Of a DNA stretch of 64,000 nt, positions 55,804-64,000 are shown in pieces. The number at the start of each line of letters is the position of its first letter. Positions within the stretch are counted from its first letter, which is position 1. The position numbers and the translations under genes are program-made. Source of the DNA: a bacterium (GTDB lineage: Bacteria; Bdellovibrionota_G; JALEGL01); contig JALEGL010000006.1 in the NCBI GenBank assembly GCA_022763185.1, forward strand, positions 95,793 to 159,792, given 5' to 3'. The notes beneath the pieces were generated by a model, which had not been told where the DNA came from, did not search any database, and worked only from the letters and a program-made list of their open reading frames with translations.

Positions 55804-56217
55804 TTATTGGGCATCCAAGTGTTCTAGAATATATCCATTGAGCATGCGGCGAATATTTACATCCATTTCTTTAAAGATAAAACCAACAACATGGTACTCT
55901 AAATCTTCTTCTGAACGAACGCGAACAACTTTTGCTTTGAGAACAATGGTTTGATCTGTATCAGGAAGGGTAAACTCCAAAAAGACAACATCGTCTTTTT
56001 CTAAGAGAATATTGGTTTCAATCAATATTCCGGACCAGCTAAGGTTGATTGACTCAGCATAGCCTTGAATCAGGTCTCCAGATAAAGATGTGATGTATAT
56101 GGGAAAAAAGGTTTCAAGACGATCACCTTTGATTCTGCGATTAAACTCAATTTTAGGTTTTTCCACCATGTCTATAGCATGGTTCAAAGGTTGCTTAGAT
56201 TTATTCATTTTTCCCAC
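55804..56217 (-). CDS. PilZ domain protein
   Basis: RRIKGDR (RxxxR) and INLSWSGILIE (D/NxSxxG) motifs with PilZ-appropriate spacing. Confidence 0.65.
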   Translation of the reverse strand: MGKMNKSKQPLNHAIDMVEKPKIEFNRRIKGDRLETFFPIYITSLSGDLIQGYAESINLSWSGILIETNILLEKDDVVFLEFTLPDTDQTIVLKAKVVRVRSEEDLEYHVVGFIFKEMDVNIRRMLNGYILEHLDAQ

Positions 56218-56276
56218 AGTGTCCTTATTTTAGCATTAGATTAATTACAAGCGCAAGCATCAATTTGCTCATGGCC

Positions 56277-56984
56277 TTATTTGATGGTCATCCCAAAACG
56301 ATGTGAACGAATAGAAGGCACAGCAATATTGCCCAGATAAAATAAAGGGTTTTTGTTGTCCAAAGATAGCCAGACAAACATTGCCTTGCCACGGATGCTT
56401 TTAACTGGAATGGCCTGGTTTTGCCAATAGCGTCCGTCCAAAGAGTTATCGCGGTTATCTCCAATAACAAATACATGGTTGTCAGGAACTTTGTATGGAC
56501 CAAAATAGTTTTGTTCAGGTATGGTATTAGATCTTTCCATAATAATATGTTCAACACCAAAGAGATCTTCTTTATAAAGGTGGTAATCTGTAGGGTCAGC
56601 AATAAAGCGATGGTCATACAAATATTTTTGTGAATCAAACTCAGTTTTTGCGATAGGCTCGCCATTAACATAGAGCTGTTTATCATTGATTTCAATAATA
56701 TCTCCACCAATACCAACAACACGTTTGATATAATCTACCGTTGGATCATCTGGAAAAGGAAAAACAATAACATCCCCACGCTTGGGTGCCGAGAGTTGAA
56801 TTAAGTTGTTGTTGGTAAAAGGAACTTTTACAGCATAACTTAATTTGCTAACAAATAAAAAGTCACCAATTTTTAGGCTTGGGATCATAGAGCCGGTTGG
56901 AATTCTATAAGGTGAAGCAACGCTGAATCTAAAAACCAAGGCTAAAAATAAAGCAAAGCTCAAGGCACGAAATGAATTTAACAT
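56277..56984 (-). CDS. lepB: signal peptidase I
   Basis: Catalytic Ser box GSMIPSL, Lys box YIKRVVGIGGD, and GDNRDNSLDGRYW. Confidence 0.9.
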   Translation of the reverse strand: MLNSFRALSFALFLALVFRFSVASPYRIPTGSMIPSLKIGDFLFVSKLSYAVKVPFTNNNLIQLSAPKRGDVIVFPFPDDPTVDYIKRVVGIGGDIIEINDKQLYVNGEPIAKTEFDSQKYLYDHRFIADPTDYHLYKEDLFGVEHIIMERSNTIPEQNYFGPYKVPDNHVFVIGDNRDNSLDGRYWQNQAIPVKSIRGKAMFVWLSLDNKNPLFYLGNIAVPSIRSHRFGMTIK

Positions 56985-56993
56985 AGACCCCTT

Positions 56994-57686
56994 TTACCTG
57001 TTGTGTTTGGGTTTGGCAACGCTTTGAACAATATAATTTGGGCTGAAATGGGCTTTATCAATAAAATTTTGTGCTCTGATGTGTTGGTCAGCTGACCACG
57101 CTAAAGTATTGGCTGATATCGGGCTGTCATTGTGATGATGAAAAAAGTCAAATGGATTTAGCAGCAGACTATCGGGACCTAAAAATAGGATTGAGTCATG
57201 ATCGTTTTGAGTAAAACTTTTTTGATCAAGTTGATCAATGGCTTGTTCTTGAATAGGGTTGGATAAACTTAAACTCCCTTGCTGATAGCGATAAGAGCAA
57301 TGGTAGATGTGATTTTTTCTCGATGCAATAATAGGAACCAAGGTGCAGTTATTTTCAGGTTTGCATTGAGAAATGTACTGCTGTGCCAACAAATGACAAG
57401 GATCAAGGGCAACAATGTTTTGCTGTTTTTGAGCAAAAGATAGAGCTTTGAGGCTTGCTGCGGCTATTCTTAGGCCTGTAAATGACCCTGGGCCAGCGAT
57501 ATAAGCATAGGCATTAATCTCATCAAGCTTTAGATCATGTTTCTTGAGTAGCGCTTGCAAGAGGACTAAAGTTTGTTCAGCGGCATCAAAGCGATTTTTA
57601 CTTTTGATTTCGTCCAAAACTTGATCATGTTTAGCTAAAACCCAATGAACATGCGGCTGACTGCTATCAAGTATTAAATGCAACAT
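56994..57686 (-). CDS. tsaB: tRNA threonylcarbamoyladenosine biosynthesis protein TsaB
   Basis: LILDSS..., GPGSFTGLRIAAASLKAL (YeaZ/TsaB signature); ~230 aa. Confidence 0.8.
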   Translation of the reverse strand: MLHLILDSSQPHVHWVLAKHDQVLDEIKSKNRFDAAEQTLVLLQALLKKHDLKLDEINAYAYIAGPGSFTGLRIAAASLKALSFAQKQQNIVALDPCHLLAQQYISQCKPENNCTLVPIIASRKNHIYHCSYRYQQGSLSLSNPIQEQAIDQLDQKSFTQNDHDSILFLGPDSLLLNPFDFFHHHNDSPISANTLAWSADQHIRAQNFIDKAHFSPNYIVQSVAKPKHNR

Positions 57687-57720
57687 GCCTCAGTATAAAT
57701 AAAAATTTCATCCGTTTAGG

Positions 57721-59397
57721 TTAATTAAACAAGCTTCTTATTCGATCAAATAAAAAGCGATTGAGATCGACATAGAAGGTTAAGATCATCAATCCAATGA
57801 TGAAAGCAAAACCTAAAGTATGACCGATACGTACTACTTTCTCTGAAACTGGGCTGCCTTTGATGACTTCAATGAAAAAGAACAGCAAGTGTCCACCATC
57901 CAACATGGGAATGGGTAGCAAATTCAATAAGGCCAAAGTGATGCTCAGCATGGCCATCATTCTAAAAAATGCATCAAAACCACCTTTTTTATAAGAGGTG
58001 CCGGCAAGGTAAAAAATAGAAATAGGTCCACCCAGGGAGTTCATGGATAGGTTGCCTGTAAACAGTTTACCCAGACCCTTGGCAGTGAGTACGGTTAACT
58101 TTATGGTTTCCTCTACACCTTTGTATAAAGCTTTAAAGGGGTTTGTGTAACGTTCTTTAAAGAAGGCTGGCATACCGGTTAAGGCAGCCGACTGTACACC
58201 CAAGCGTTTGAATTGCTTTTTATCTTGAGTCAACTCATCTTTTTCAGAAACAAGTTGTGGTTCCGCTGTTAGCGTTAAAGGAACATTGTTTCTTAACACA
58301 CCTATCTTTAAAGCTTCATCTGCCGACTGAATGCCTTGGTGAAATTGTGACCAATCACTAAGCTCTTGACCATTGAGGCTGACAACTTTGTCATTGACTT
58401 TTAAACCAGCTTTTTCAGCCACGCTGTCGGGAAGGACGTGTCTAATATAAAGTTGGCCATTTTCTATGCCAGCATGGGCAGCAGAAAGAAACTTGCCATT
58501 TAAAGCAATGGTTTTTTCTTGAGCCTGATCAAGCGTGTTTTTTTGTAAGGCTTCAGTGCTGTAGCGTTTGACATGTAGAGTCATGTTTTGACTCAGTTCT
58601 TGGTCAAAGTATTGCTCTACCTGCCACCAATGGTTAATATCTTTGTTATTGATTTTAGTGATTTGATCACCAGTGCGTAAGCCGGCTTTATATGCAGCGC
58701 TATCTTCATTGTTGATACCTACAATAGGCAAGAAAGGTAAGTAACTCACACCAATTTGTGAAGCTTGGGTTTTCTCACCGTAAACATTTTCAACCTCTGA
58801 TTTTGTGGCCTTAACAGTAATACTTTGTTGGCGTTGATTGCGTTTATAAACCAAATCAATGTCACCGGCTTCTTGAGTTCTTAAAATATTAACGAAATGA
58901 CTCCAGGTACTGACCTGTTCACCGTTGATAGAAAGAATTTCATCACCAGCTTTTAAGCCAGCAACAGCAGCGGGCTGTCCAGGGCGTACATCACCAATAA
59001 CCGGTTTTAAAGTGTCCGTTCCCACCCAGAAAATAATGGCATACACAAAAATAGGTAAAATAAGATTAAAAATTGGCCCCATAGAGGCGATGGCAATACG
59101 ATTCCAGACTGGCTGATTCATGTATGAGCGTGGGTCATCAGCAGGAAGTTCTTTTTCAACATCTCCTTGAATAGCTTCCATCTCTTCACCATGCATTTTA
59201 ACATAACCACCCAAAGGAAAGGCGCAAATCGCATACTCGGTTTCACCCCATTGTTTTCTAAAAATAGCCGGGCCAAAGCCAATGGCAAAACGTTCAACAT
59301 AGACGCCACATTTTTTGGCCACCAAAAAGTGTCCAAGCTCATGGAAAAAAACCAATCCACCAAACAGAACAATGGGTAAAACTATACTTGCAAACAT
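57721..59397 (-). CDS. rseP: RIP site-2 metalloprotease RseP
   Basis: HELGHFLVAKKCGV (HExxH in TM1), multiple PDZ-like segments, NLLPIPMLDGGHL. Confidence 0.9.
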   Translation of the reverse strand: MFASIVLPIVLFGGLVFFHELGHFLVAKKCGVYVERFAIGFGPAIFRKQWGETEYAICAFPLGGYVKMHGEEMEAIQGDVEKELPADDPRSYMNQPVWNRIAIASMGPIFNLILPIFVYAIIFWVGTDTLKPVIGDVRPGQPAAVAGLKAGDEILSINGEQVSTWSHFVNILRTQEAGDIDLVYKRNQRQQSITVKATKSEVENVYGEKTQASQIGVSYLPFLPIVGINNEDSAAYKAGLRTGDQITKINNKDINHWWQVEQYFDQELSQNMTLHVKRYSTEALQKNTLDQAQEKTIALNGKFLSAAHAGIENGQLYIRHVLPDSVAEKAGLKVNDKVVSLNGQELSDWSQFHQGIQSADEALKIGVLRNNVPLTLTAEPQLVSEKDELTQDKKQFKRLGVQSAALTGMPAFFKERYTNPFKALYKGVEETIKLTVLTAKGLGKLFTGNLSMNSLGGPISIFYLAGTSYKKGGFDAFFRMMAMLSITLALLNLLPIPMLDGGHLLFFFIEVIKGSPVSEKVVRIGHTLGFAFIIGLMILTFYVDLNRFLFDRIRSLFN

Positions 59398-59432
59398 ATT
59401 CGAATCATTCCTTACTATTTTAAAATTATATC

Positions 59433-60602
59433 TTACAGCTTATTTATACACGCTTGGGCAGTTTGTCTACCCCAAGTATCGGCTTGTAGAAAGTCGTCTA
59501 AATTAACAGTTTTTTGGCCTTTGTAACAGTTTAAAACGGTTTCATTGATTTGGGTGATCTGAGTGAATGAAATTTGTTGATTTAAAAAAGCGTCAACACT
59601 CACTTCATTGGCCCCATTGAGAACAGCGGGGTAGTCTGGACCTGCTGTGAGACTGTTCATCGCCAGTTGCGTGGCTGGAAAACGCTCAGTATCTGGAGCA
59701 AAAAATTCAAGTTTTGATAATGTAGAAAAATTAAGAAATTCAACAGCCTGCTCAATTCTATTAGGATAAGACAGAGCATAAGCAATGGGGCCTTTCATAT
59801 CGGGTTTACTCAATTGTGCTAAAATAGAACCGTCAATGTATTCAACCATAGAGTGAACAATAGACTGCGGATGGATAACAATATCCAACTTATCTGCGGG
59901 AATATTAAACAGCCAATATGCTTCGATGGCTTCAAGGCCTTTGTTCATCATAGTAGCAGAATCAATTGTAATTTTATTACCCATAGACCAATTGGGATGC
60001 TTTAAGGCTTCTTCTAAGGTGATGGTATTTAAATCTTTATCTTTTTGTAAAAAGAAAGGGCCACCTGAGGCAGTTAAAATCATTCTATGGATATTGCCAT
60101 GAGATGGGTCTTTCTTGTTTTCTAGACATTGAAAAATAGCACTGTGTTCACTGTCAACAGGCAAGATAGTACTTTTGGGATGTTCTTTTAGAACTTGATT
60201 AACATACGCTCCAGCAACGACTAAAGATTCTTTGTTGGCCAAAGCAACCGTTTTATCAGCTCTAATCGCAGCAATGGTTGGCTTGAGACCCGCTGCCCCA
60301 ACAATAGCAGAAATAACATAATCTGCTTGGTCGATTGCAGCTACTGCGCATGCACCTTCTTCACCGTACATAAACTCTGTATGTTCTAAGTTTGCACAAC
60401 GCTCTTTTAGAACTTTACAGTCAGATTCCTGAACACAAGAAACCAATAGGGGTTGGTATTTAAGGCACTGCTGACTTAAAAGATCAATATTACGGCCTCC
60501 TGCTAAGGCCACTACTTTAAATTGCTGTGGATTCTGATCAATTAAGTCTAGGCTGGATAAGCCAACAGAGCCGGTTGAACCTAAAATAGAAATAGACTTC
60601 AT
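59433..60602 (-). CDS. dxr: 1-deoxy-D-xylulose-5-phosphate reductoisomerase
   Basis: ILGSTGSVG, LANKESLV, PVDSEHSAIFQC, ILTASGGPF and NKGLEAIEA motifs. Confidence 0.95.
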   Translation of the reverse strand: MKSISILGSTGSVGLSSLDLIDQNPQQFKVVALAGGRNIDLLSQQCLKYQPLLVSCVQESDCKVLKERCANLEHTEFMYGEEGACAVAAIDQADYVISAIVGAAGLKPTIAAIRADKTVALANKESLVVAGAYVNQVLKEHPKSTILPVDSEHSAIFQCLENKKDPSHGNIHRMILTASGGPFFLQKDKDLNTITLEEALKHPNWSMGNKITIDSATMMNKGLEAIEAYWLFNIPADKLDIVIHPQSIVHSMVEYIDGSILAQLSKPDMKGPIAYALSYPNRIEQAVEFLNFSTLSKLEFFAPDTERFPATQLAMNSLTAGPDYPAVLNGANEVSVDAFLNQQISFTQITQINETVLNCYKGQKTVNLDDFLQADTWGRQTAQACINKL

Positions 60603-61387
60603 GCTTGTACCTCGGTTGTTTTGTGGGCTTTGCTATCGCCAAATCGCCGCTCTCTTTGATTAAATACAGTTATGGCTTTTTTCAGTTCTTCAACAGAGAA
60701 GTCCGGCCAGAGTGTGGGTGTAAAATAATACTCGCTGTATGTGCTTTGCCAAGGTAAAAAATTTGAGCTCCTGTACTCACCGCTCGTTCTGATAATAAGG
60801 TCGGGGTCAGGTATATTGTGAGTATCAAGATAGCTTGCAATACGTTTTGGGTTAATGTCGTTGAGAGTGATTTTTTTATCAAGCAGGTCTTTTCCAAGTT
60901 TTTGAACTGCACGCGTGATTTCTTCTCTGCCGCCATAGCTTAAGGCCAAAGTTAAAGTCATTTTTATGTCTTTATTGTTTTCTTGAGTTTTTTGTTTGGT
61001 TTTTTCAACGAGAGTTTGAACTTTTTTGGGTAAAAACTGATGATCACCAATGGTATTAAAAGTAATATCATTGTCTATCATTTTTTCTAGCTTACTGTTA
61101 AGAAACTGCTCTAATAAGTTCATTAGGCCACTTACCTCTTGCGGTGAGCGCTGCCAATTTTGTTGTGAAAAGGCATACAAGGTTAGGTAAGGAATCTTAA
61201 ATGACCTACAAGCTTCAATAATCGATTCAGTTGTGCTTACCCCTTTGCGGTGACCAAAGATTCTGGGTAAGCTTCTTTTTTTAGCCCACCGGCCGTTGCC
61301 ATCCATAATAATAGCCAAATGTTGAATGTTCTGTGTATCCAGTGTTTTTGTAGAGTTGGGTAAAGAACTTTTTTTAAATGGCCACAT
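60599..61387 (-). CDS. uppS: di-trans,poly-cis-undecaprenyl-diphosphate synthase
   Basis: HLAIIMDGNGRWA, FGHRKG, YAFSQQNWQRS, IRTSGEYRSSNFLPWQ. Its stop overlaps the dxr start. Confidence 0.9.
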   Translation of the reverse strand: MWPFKKSSLPNSTKTLDTQNIQHLAIIMDGNGRWAKKRSLPRIFGHRKGVSTTESIIEACRSFKIPYLTLYAFSQQNWQRSPQEVSGLMNLLEQFLNSKLEKMIDNDITFNTIGDHQFLPKKVQTLVEKTKQKTQENNKDIKMTLTLALSYGGREEITRAVQKLGKDLLDKKITLNDINPKRIASYLDTHNIPDPDLIIRTSGEYRSSNFLPWQSTYSEYYFTPTLWPDFSVEELKKAITVFNQRERRFGDSKAHKTTEVQA

Positions 61388-61406
61388 GAGGCAGTACGAT
61401 CACAAG

Positions 61407-61961
61407 CTATATAGCTAAAATCTCTTTTGATTTAAGCTCAGCCAAGGCATCAATTTTTTTGATATTTGAATCGGTCTTTTCCTGAATATCGGCTTGAAAA
61501 CGTTTATGTTCGTCTTCTGAAATTTCTTTATCTTTTTCTGCTTTTTTCAGTTCATCCATACCATTGCGACGAATATTGCGGATGGCAATTTTCGCGTCTT
61601 CAGCATGTTTGCCTACGAGCTTTACAAACTCCTTACGGCGTTCCTCAGTTAATGCAGGAATAGGAATGCGTATAATTTTACCATCGTTTTGGGGGGTAAA
61701 GCCCAAGTTAGATGATTGAATAGACTTCTCTATCATATCCAATGCACTTTGATCCCAGGGTTGAACTACAAGTGTTTTTGCGTCTGGAGTTGAAACTGTT
61801 GCCATTTGTGCAATGGGTGTAGGTGTGCCATAATAATCTACTTTAATAATATCAAGCATGCTGGGGTTGGCGCGACCTGTTCTGACTTTACTCAAATCGC
61901 TTTCAAATGCAGCTATGGCTTTTTCCCATTTTTCATTCAGTTCTTGTAGTAAGCTTTCCAT
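61407..61961 (-). CDS. frr: ribosome recycling factor
   Basis: 184 aa with KVRTGRANPSMLD, IRIPIPALTEERRKE and RNIRRNGMDELKK. Confidence 0.95.
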   Translation of the reverse strand: MESLLQELNEKWEKAIAAFESDLSKVRTGRANPSMLDIIKVDYYGTPTPIAQMATVSTPDAKTLVVQPWDQSALDMIEKSIQSSNLGFTPQNDGKIIRIPIPALTEERRKEFVKLVGKHAEDAKIAIRNIRRNGMDELKKAEKDKEISEDEHKRFQADIQEKTDSNIKKIDALAELKSKEILAI

Positions 61962-61993
61962 AAAGTGGTCTCCTTCAATAATTATCTGTGACT

Positions 61994-62716
61994 CTAGGCA
62001 TTGGATACAGTGGTACCAATATCTTCACCAGCAATAGCTTTAAGTATATTGCCTTCTTTCATCATGTTAAATACAATGATAGGCATCTTATTGTCCATAC
62101 ACAGTGAAGTCGCGGTAGAGTCCATGACTTTTAAACCTTTCTGTAAAACCTCAAGATAGCTTAAGGTGTCAAATTTTTCAGCATCGTTGTGCTTTAAAGG
62201 ATCTTTATCAAATACACCATCTACGCGCGTCGCTTTTAAAATGACATCAGCGTTGATTTCCATGGCTCGTAAAGATGCTGTAGTATCCGTTGTAAAAAAT
62301 GGACTGCCGATACCGGCAGCAAAAATAACCACACGGCCTTTTTCTAAATGTCTTGTAGCACGCCGCCTGATATAGGGCTCAGCAATTTGCTGCATGGAGA
62401 TAGCGCTTAAGACTCTTGTTTTAACATTTTGTGCTTCTAAAGCATCTTGCAAGGCAAGGGCATTAATAGTTGTTGCCAGCATGCCCATATAGTCGGCTGA
62501 GGCTCTATCCATACCTTTGGATGCACCAGCAACGCCTCTAAAAATATTTCCGCCACCAATGACTATAGCAAGTTCAACGCCTGTTGACATGACCTCTTTT
62601 AACTCTAACGATAAACGAGACAAAATACTGGGGCTGATACCGTAGCCATTGTCATCACATAGGGCTTCGCCACTTAATTTTAATAAGACTCTTTTGTATT
62701 GATGATTCATTGGCAT
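61994..62716 (-). CDS. pyrH: UMP kinase
   Basis: [35 protein letters not shown]. The start may be the second ATG (62710). Confidence 0.95.
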   Translation of the reverse strand: MPMNHQYKRVLLKLSGEALCDDNGYGISPSILSRLSLELKEVMSTGVELAIVIGGGNIFRGVAGASKGMDRASADYMGMLATTINALALQDALEAQNVKTRVLSAISMQQIAEPYIRRRATRHLEKGRVVIFAAGIGSPFFTTDTTASLRAMEINADVILKATRVDGVFDKDPLKHNDAEKFDTLSYLEVLQKGLKVMDSTATSLCMDNKMPIIVFNMMKEGNILKAIAGEDIGTTVSNA

Positions 62717-62775
62717 TTAGACTACGTGGGCAAAAACAATTGGTCAATACAAGAACAAGAATCAATAACTATTTT

Positions 62776-62800
62776 CAACAAAGGGGGGACCTGTCCCCCC
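62776..62800 (-). terminator. GC-rich hairpin plus T-rich tail between tsf and pyrH
   Basis: On the minus strand: GGGGGG-ACAGGT-CCCCCC followed by TTTGTTG, about 175 nt after the tsf stop. Confidence 0.45.
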
Positions 62801-62975
62801 TTCTTTGGGGGCTCTGCATAAACAACAGTAGTTCCTGCGTCACAACTGTTGCTAAAAAACGCGGTTTTCACCAAATTCATCCCACCCTGGGAAAATTCGG
62901 TATAAAACCTCTTTTCCATTATGCTAATACCACATTGCATTGTTTGTTTTGTGAGGTCCACCTAAAATAAATCAA

Positions 62976-63605
62976 TTAAGATTCTTGTTCTTCTTCGGTA
63001 TTCTCTTTTGCAGTTTCTCCTAAAACATAGCGAGAGAAACGGGCAATCGTAATGTTTTCACCCATTTTAGCAATTGATTCTTGCAACAAGTCATTGATAG
63101 TCACATCAGGATTCTTAACAAAGCTTTGCTCTAAAAGACAGGTTTCAGCAAAAAATTTGTCCATACGACCAGAGATGATTTTTTCAATAAACTGTTCTGG
63201 TTTGCCAGACTCTTTGGCTTGCGTGGTCAGAACTTCTTTTTCACGTTCAATAAGCTCTGCAGGAACTTCTTCACGTTTAACATGTAAAGGCGCTGCAGCA
63301 GCAATGTGCATGGCCACGTCTCTACATAAAACTTGAAAGTCTTCGTTTCTAGCAACAAAGTCTGTTTCACAGTTAACTTCAACCATAACACCAATTTTAC
63401 CTTCACCATGAATGTATGATGTTATATTGCCTTCTTTAGCAATACGACTCGCTTTTTTAGCAGCCTTTGCTAGACCTTTTTTACGTAAAAAATCAACCGC
63501 TTTATCAATTGAACCATTGGATTCAGTTAAAGCAGTTTTACAGTCAGCAATACCAGCACCGGTCATTTCTCTAAGATTTTTGATTTGTTCCATGTTTAGG
63601 GCCAT
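62976..63605 (-). CDS. tsf: translation elongation factor Ts (short form, 209 aa)
   Basis: From ATG 63605: MALNMEQIKNLREMTGAGIADCKTAL (the UBA-like EF-Ts N-terminus), ETDFVARNEDF. The track's extra 39 codons overlap the rpsB tail in another frame, so I dropped them. Confidence 0.9.
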   Translation of the reverse strand: MALNMEQIKNLREMTGAGIADCKTALTESNGSIDKAVDFLRKKGLAKAAKKASRIAKEGNITSYIHGEGKIGVMVEVNCETDFVARNEDFQVLCRDVAMHIAAAAPLHVKREEVPAELIEREKEVLTTQAKESGKPEQFIEKIISGRMDKFFAETCLLEQSFVKNPDVTINDLLQESIAKMGENITIARFSRYVLGETAKENTEEEQES

Positions 63606-63609
63606 AGTT

Positions 63610-64000
63610 TTATTCTCCATCTTTCTTAGTTGCTTTTTTAGCAGTAGTTTTTTTAGTTGTTTTTTTAGCAGCAGCCTTTTTAGCAGGTTCTTTTTTATCT
63701 TCTGTTGAAGCTGCCTTTGCACTTACTTTTGCAGGAGCGACTTCTTTTTTAGAGCTTGCTTTAGAGGTATCTTCTTTGGCGGTAGCCTTGACTTCTTTTT
63801 TGTCAACAGCATCAGCTTTTACCTCTTTTGCGGGCTTAACCGCGGCCTTGCTTGACGTTTCAACAGACTTTTCCTTTTTAGCTGTTGATGATTGAATGTT
63901 TTTCTCAAGGTTTTTACCACCTTCTAGACATGCGTTGGCAGCGTCTTCTAGAAAGATACGAATTGATTTTAATGCATCATCGTTAGAAGGTACAACATAG
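63610..64000 (-). CDS. rpsB: 30S ribosomal protein S2, C-terminal part (5' end off the right edge), with a long Lys/Ala-rich tail
   Basis: Reverse complement reads ...YVVPSNDDALKSIRIFLEDAANACLEGG (conserved S2 C-terminal block), then about 100 aa of KKEKSVETSSKAAVKPAKEVKADAVDKKEVKATAKED...KKAAAKKTTKKTTAKKATKKDGE*. Stop at 63612-63610; conserved rpsB-tsf order. Confidence 0.9.
   Translation of the reverse strand, partial: YVVPSNDDALKSIRIFLEDAANACLEGGKNLEKNIQSSTAKKEKSVETSSKAAVKPAKEVKADAVDKKEVKATAKEDTSKASSKKEVAPAKVSAKAASTEDKKEPAKKAAAKKTTKKTTAKKATKKDGE

Noticed and set aside
63606-63722. The 39-codon N-terminal extension of the tsf ORF (MQRQLQQKIKKNLLKRLLLKKQLKKLLLKKQLRKMENKT) in the ORF track.
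   Set aside because: It overlaps the rpsB C-terminal tail in another frame; its K/L-rich composition just mirrors that low-complexity DNA. The conserved EF-Ts N-terminus begins at the ATG at 63605, 4 nt after the rpsB stop.
1-64000. A scan for CRISPR arrays, long tandem repeats, IS elements, integrases or phage genes.
   Set aside because: I saw no regularly spaced direct repeats, no transposase- or integrase-like ORFs, and no inverted terminal repeats. The only repeats found are the short ones reported above.

Overview
This is a 64-kb chromosomal window from an AT-rich (roughly 38-40% GC by eye) Gram-negative bacterium. Lipoprotein signals, an outer-membrane barrel, ExbBD, RseP and proteobacterial/Bdellovibrionota-like gene order support that, but the taxon cannot be fixed without a database search. 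All calls come from reading the translated ORFs for family motifs; no search was run. I support about 70 protein genes, one tRNA, and no rRNA, CRISPR array, transposase or integrase.

Left to right:
- A large exported protein that runs off the left edge (minus strand, missing from the ORF track).
- pstSCAB-phoU plus an FMN reductase.
- hsp20, then an OlsF-like two-domain aminolipid acyltransferase.
- acpS, yicC-gmk-rpoZ, and a Ser/Thr kinase.
- An unusual ~6.7-kb envelope, metal-related cluster (13.8-20.6 kb).
- pgk-tpiA-secG.
- A short-chain acyl-CoA block: thiolase, hbd, crt, two acyl-CoA dehydrogenases, split isobutyryl-CoA-mutase-like genes and acetoacetyl-CoA synthetase. Unknown genes and an orphan exbBD pair interrupt it.
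- Patatin, ftsB, a GAF-GGDEF protein, xseAB, rimK, a CbpA-like J-protein and a YkvA-like protein.
- An FAD oxidoreductase, a metzincin plus partner, gltX, and a beta-helix lipoprotein.
- A GNAT-like gene plus an ABC exporter, then tRNA-Leu(GAG).
- mutY, PilZ, and lepB-tsaB-rseP-dxr-uppS-frr-pyrH-tsf-rpsB, with rpsB running off the right edge.

The best candidate for something undescribed is the 13.8-20.6 kb cluster. It holds a ZnuA/ZnuB-type pair with no ATPase gene, flanked by:
- two small FFHRH.H...C.LC...PP peptides, one of them interrupted at a U_UUU_UUC slippery T6 run;
- a porin-sized barrel;
- a three-member paralog family sharing a C-x8-C C-terminus, two members carrying extreme His/Asp/Glu tracts;
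- further Cys-rich and His-tailed exported proteins.

A fossil duplicate of the icmB 3' end, a densely structured spacer beside tRNA-Leu, and Lys/Ala/Glu-rich tails on SecG and S2 are also worth a look.
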